Of a DNA stretch of 64,000 nt, positions 60,424 through 64,000 are shown piece after piece; the stretch's first letter is position 1; each line of letters starts with the position of its first letter. Source of the stretch: Clostridia bacterium (GTDB lineage: Bacteria; Bacillota; Clostridia; UBA1381; UMGS1253). The position numbers were made by a program, and so were the translations under genes. The DNA is taken from assembly GCA_045652745.1 (NCBI GenBank), contig JAZRUW010000003.1:10032-74031 (forward strand). Reading direction: 5' to 3'. The notes under the pieces were generated by a model, which was not told the DNA's origin, did no database searches, and saw only the letters and a program-made list of their open reading frames with translations.

Positions 60424-62283
60424 TTATTTGCCCAAATGAATCATCAGAACGGTTACGTCTGCCGGTGAAACACCGGAAATACGACTCGCTTGGCCAAGCG
60501 TATGCGGACGCACAGCCGCAAGCTTTTGCCTTGCCTCAATGCGCAATCCGTACACATCCTCATAATTGATATCTTCCGGAATTGTCTTTTCCTCTAATTT
60601 TTTAAAGCGCTCCGCAGCCTCCATCTGACGTTTGATGTAACCGTCATATTTGATGGATATTTCCGCCTGTTCACGCACAGATTTATCCAAGTCCGGTCTT
60701 TCAGTGTCGCACAGAGCAATCGCTGCATAATCCACCTCCGGACGCTTAAGCATATCCGCAAGTTTTAAACCGTTACTTACCGGCGCACTGCCACAGGCTT
60801 CTAAAACCGGGTTTGCCGTTTTCGGTGAAACCGTTGTCGCGCAAAGTCTTTCGATTTCTCGCTCAATAGCGGCTTTCTTTTCTAAAAACTTATTGTATCT
60901 TTCTTCGCTGATGAGACCAATTTCATATCCGATCGGCGTTAAACGCAAATCCGCATTGTCCTGTCTTAAAAGCAACCGGTACTCTGAACGCGAGGTCATC
61001 ATACGGTAAGGCTCGTTTGTACCCTTGGTTACCAAATCGTCAATGAGTGTACCAATATACGCATCCGAACGTTTCAGCACAAGCGCTTCCTTGCCTTGCA
61101 ATCGCCTTGCGGCATTGATGCCCGCAATCAATCCCTGCGCCGCCGCTTCCTCATAACCGCTCGTGCCGTTGAACTGTCCCGCGCCGAACAAACCACCGAT
61201 GTGTTTAAACTCCAGAGATGTCTTCAACTGAAGCGTGTCAATACAATCATATTCAATCGCATAAGCACTACGCATAATTTTTACATTTTCCAAACCTGCA
61301 ATGCTGCGAAGCATCTCAATTTGTACATCTTCCGGCAACCCTGTGGAAATGCCCTGTACATACATTTCCTCCGTAGTCAGTCCCATCGGCTCAATGAACA
61401 CCTGATGGCGCTCTTTATCCGCGAATCGCATAACCTTATCTTCAATAGACGGACAGTATCGCGCGCCTACACCCTCAATCAAACCGGCATACATCGGTGC
61501 TTTATGGATGTTTTTACGGATAATTTCGTGCGTACGCGGATTTGTATAGGTTAAGTAGCAGCAAACCTGATTTTCAAGTTTGCCCTCCGTTTCAAAAGAA
61601 AACGGTGTAATTTCGCTGTCGCCTTCTTCAATCTGCATCTTTGAAAAATCCACACTCGCCTTTTCAATACGGGCAGGTGTTCCGGTTTTGAATCTGCGAA
61701 GCGGCACACCGAGCTTTTCCAGACTCTGCGTCAGTTGCAAAGACGCAAACATACCGTCCGGCCCGGACTGTTTTACATAATCGCCGACAAGTGTTTTGCC
61801 ACCCAAAAACGTACCTGTGCATATAATAGCACTTTTACAAGCATATTGCATGCCTGTTGCTGTAACTACGCCGCTGACATGACCATCCTCAGTTAATATA
61901 TCCACGATTTCCGCCTGTTTTAAATCGATGTTTTCTTCCAGTTCCAGACGGTGCTTCATTTCAATCTGATACGCACGTCTGTCAATCTGTGCGCGCAACG
62001 AATGTACAGCAGGACCTTTGCCGCGGTTCAATACCTTGGATTGAATAAAGGTCTTATCCGCCACTTTGCCCATTTCGCCGCCGAGCGCATCAATTTCACG
62101 CACCAGGTGTCCCTTGGCCGTACCGCCGACATTCGGGTTGCACGGCAGATTTGCCACCGCATCTAAGTTAGTCGCAAAAATCACAACGCTGCATCCGAGC
62201 CTTGCCGCCGCAAAGGCAGCTTCACACCCTGCATGGCCTGCGCCGATGACCGCAATATCATATTGTCCTAAACAACTTTGCAT
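60424..62283 (-). CDS. mnmG: tRNA uridine 5-carboxymethylaminomethyl modification enzyme GidA
   Basis: GAGHAGCEA, CNP.VGG, KTGTP.R, RYCPSIEDK and AGQFNGTSGYEEAAAQG motifs; ATG at 62283. Confidence 0.97.
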   Translation of the reverse strand: MQSCLGQYDIAVIGAGHAGCEAAFAAARLGCSVVIFATNLDAVANLPCNPNVGGTAKGHLVREIDALGGEMGKVADKTFIQSKVLNRGKGPAVHSLRAQIDRRAYQIEMKHRLELEENIDLKQAEIVDILTEDGHVSGVVTATGMQYACKSAIICTGTFLGGKTLVGDYVKQSGPDGMFASLQLTQSLEKLGVPLRRFKTGTPARIEKASVDFSKMQIEEGDSEITPFSFETEGKLENQVCCYLTYTNPRTHEIIRKNIHKAPMYAGLIEGVGARYCPSIEDKVMRFADKERHQVFIEPMGLTTEEMYVQGISTGLPEDVQIEMLRSIAGLENVKIMRSAYAIEYDCIDTLQLKTSLEFKHIGGLFGAGQFNGTSGYEEAAAQGLIAGINAARRLQGKEALVLKRSDAYIGTLIDDLVTKGTNEPYRMMTSRSEYRLLLRQDNADLRLTPIGYEIGLISEERYNKFLEKKAAIEREIERLCATTVSPKTANPVLEACGSAPVSNGLKLADMLKRPEVDYAAIALCDTERPDLDKSVREQAEISIKYDGYIKRQMEAAERFKKLEEKTIPEDINYEDVYGLRIEARQKLAAVRPHTLGQASRISGVSPADVTVLMIHLGK

Positions 62284-62374
62284 AATTTTACCCCCAAATC
62301 TATAATAGCATAACACATTTTATAAAAAAGTGCAACCTGTCACAAAAAAGTAAAGTATAAAATTTAAAAAAATG

Positions 62375-62403
62375 TTGTAATAAAGTACATTTTAGTGTAT
62401 AAT
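62375..62403 (+). promoter_or_regulatory. Sigma-A promoter of lysS
   Basis: TTGTAA-17 bp-TATAAT. Confidence 0.65.
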
Positions 62404-62468
62404 ATTTAAATCCGTAAGAATACATAGCAATTAAAGGTTGCATGCGCAACCGTATCAGGAGGTTTACT

Positions 62469-63953
62469 ATGGCAGAATTAGAAAACCAGCAGCAGCTTTC
62501 CGAGCTTTTGCAAATCAGACGCGATAAGCTGACCGAACTGCAGGAAAACGGTATGGATCCGTTCGAAATCACAGTGTATGAAAGAACTCACGCTTCTGCA
62601 ACAATCGTGGACAACTTTGAAGCTTTCGAAGGTCAGAACGTTAAGGTTGCAGGACGTTTGATGTCCAAACGCGGTATGGGTAAGGTTATGTTTTGTGACC
62701 TGTCTGATCGTGAGGGTAAAATTCAGTTGTTCATCAAAAAAGACGAAATCGGCGAGGACAACTATGCCCTCGTAAAGAAATATGATATCGGCGACATCGT
62801 CGGCGTTGCCGGCGAAGTTTTCAAGACCAAAACCGGCGAAGTTTCGATTAAAGCAAGCGAAGTAACCCTGCTTGCTAAATCGCTTTTACCGCTTCCGGAA
62901 AAATTCCACGGTTTGGTTGACCCGGATTTGCGTTACCGTCAGCGTTATGTTGACCTCATCATGAATCCGGAAGTTAAGGATACCTTTATCACCCGCAGCC
63001 GCGTTGTGTCCGAAATCCGTAAGTTCATGGACAACCGCGGTTATATTGAAGTAGAAACTCCGATTTTAAATAATATCCCTGGCGGTGCGGCGGCGAGACC
63101 GTTTATCACCCACCACAATACGCTCGACATTGATATGTATCTGCGTATCGCAACCGAGCTTCACTTAAAGCGTCTTATTGTAGGCGGTTTAGAAAAGGTT
63201 TATGAAATCGGCAGAATCTTCAGAAATGAAGGCATGGATATAAAGCACAATCCGGAATTTACAACCATTGAGCTTTATGAAGCGTTTACAGATTACCACG
63301 GTATGATGGATATCACCGAGCAGATGATTTCCACCGTAGCACATGCCGTACGCGGTACGGAAACCGTTACTTATCAGGGTACAGAATTGAACCTTTCCGC
63401 ACCTTTCGAGCGTCTTACCATGATTGACGCTGTAAAGAAATATACAAACGTAGACTTCGACGAACTCAAGACCGCCGAAGAAGCGCTTGCAGCCGTAAAG
63501 GGTCTCGGCATCGAAGTAGAAGGCACACCGAGCTGGGGTGAACTGTTGAACCTCGCATTCGAAGAAAGAGTTGAGGACAAGTTAATTCAGCCGACCTTTA
63601 TTATGGACTATCCGGTAGAGGTATCTCCGCTGACGAAGAAAAAGCCGTCCAGACCGGAACTCACCGAACGTTTCGAGTTATTCCTGTACGGTCGTGAGCT
63701 CGCGAACGCATATTCCGAGTTAAACGACCCGATTGACCAGAGAGAGCGCTTTATGCGCCAGATGGAACTGCGCGCCGCAGGCGATGAGGAAGCGAACATG
63801 ATTGATGACGATTTCCTCAACGCACTCGAATACGGTATGCCGCCGACCGGCGGTATGGGTATGGGCATTGACCGCTTGGTAATGTTCTTAACCGACTCCT
63901 ACTCCATCCGCGACGTACTCTTGTTCCCAACAATGAAACCATTGGATAAGTAA
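62469..63953 (+). CDS. lysS: Lysine--tRNA ligase (class II)
   Basis: [27 protein letters not shown] and GMGIDRL motifs; ATG at 62469 after AGGAGG. Confidence 0.98.
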   Translation: MAELENQQQLSELLQIRRDKLTELQENGMDPFEITVYERTHASATIVDNFEAFEGQNVKVAGRLMSKRGMGKVMFCDLSDREGKIQLFIKKDEIGEDNYALVKKYDIGDIVGVAGEVFKTKTGEVSIKASEVTLLAKSLLPLPEKFHGLVDPDLRYRQRYVDLIMNPEVKDTFITRSRVVSEIRKFMDNRGYIEVETPILNNIPGGAAARPFITHHNTLDIDMYLRIATELHLKRLIVGGLEKVYEIGRIFRNEGMDIKHNPEFTTIELYEAFTDYHGMMDITEQMISTVAHAVRGTETVTYQGTELNLSAPFERLTMIDAVKKYTNVDFDELKTAEEALAAVKGLGIEVEGTPSWGELLNLAFEERVEDKLIQPTFIMDYPVEVSPLTKKKPSRPELTERFELFLYGRELANAYSELNDPIDQRERFMRQMELRAAGDEEANMIDDDFLNALEYGMPPTGGMGMGIDRLVMFLTDSYSIRDVLLFPTMKPLDK

Positions 63954-64000
63954 AATGGCGTAAAATCAAGGCTTTTGAGGATCGAACGACAAGATTTACA

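Overview
A 64 kb stretch of core chromosome from a low-GC, endospore-forming Clostridia-type bacterium (sigK, spoIIR, dacB-like and glgBCDAP genes; sigma-A promoters). It holds about 50 mostly housekeeping CDSs: repair genes (rdgB, radA, tatD, uvrBA, mfd), a long minus-strand run rimP-nusA-ylxR-ylxQ-infB-rbfA-nrnA-truB-ribF-glmU-prs-pth-mfd-prsA, a class A PBP, dnaD/dnaC-like, tadA, tyrS-thyA-folA-rnhA, prmA-rsmE, a glycogen operon, mnmG and lysS, plus six tRNAs. I see no transposase, integrase, prophage, CRISPR array or rRNA. The most striking unexplained feature is a ~180 bp non-coding element (30857-31034) just downstream of the tRNA operon. In it, GTGAAAT/ATTTCAC heptamers alternate with seven perfect but sequence-unrelated mini-hairpins in a dyad-symmetric layout that can fold into a ladder of four-way junctions. 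Other oddities are a GlmU whose uridylyltransferase signature has degenerated while the acetyltransferase half is intact, a DHFR fused to a DUF2007-like domain, tadA sitting next to its substrate tRNA-Arg(ACG), intergenic stem-loops in the glg operon, and a decayed AraC fragment. All calls come from reading motifs by eye; no searches or folding programs were run.
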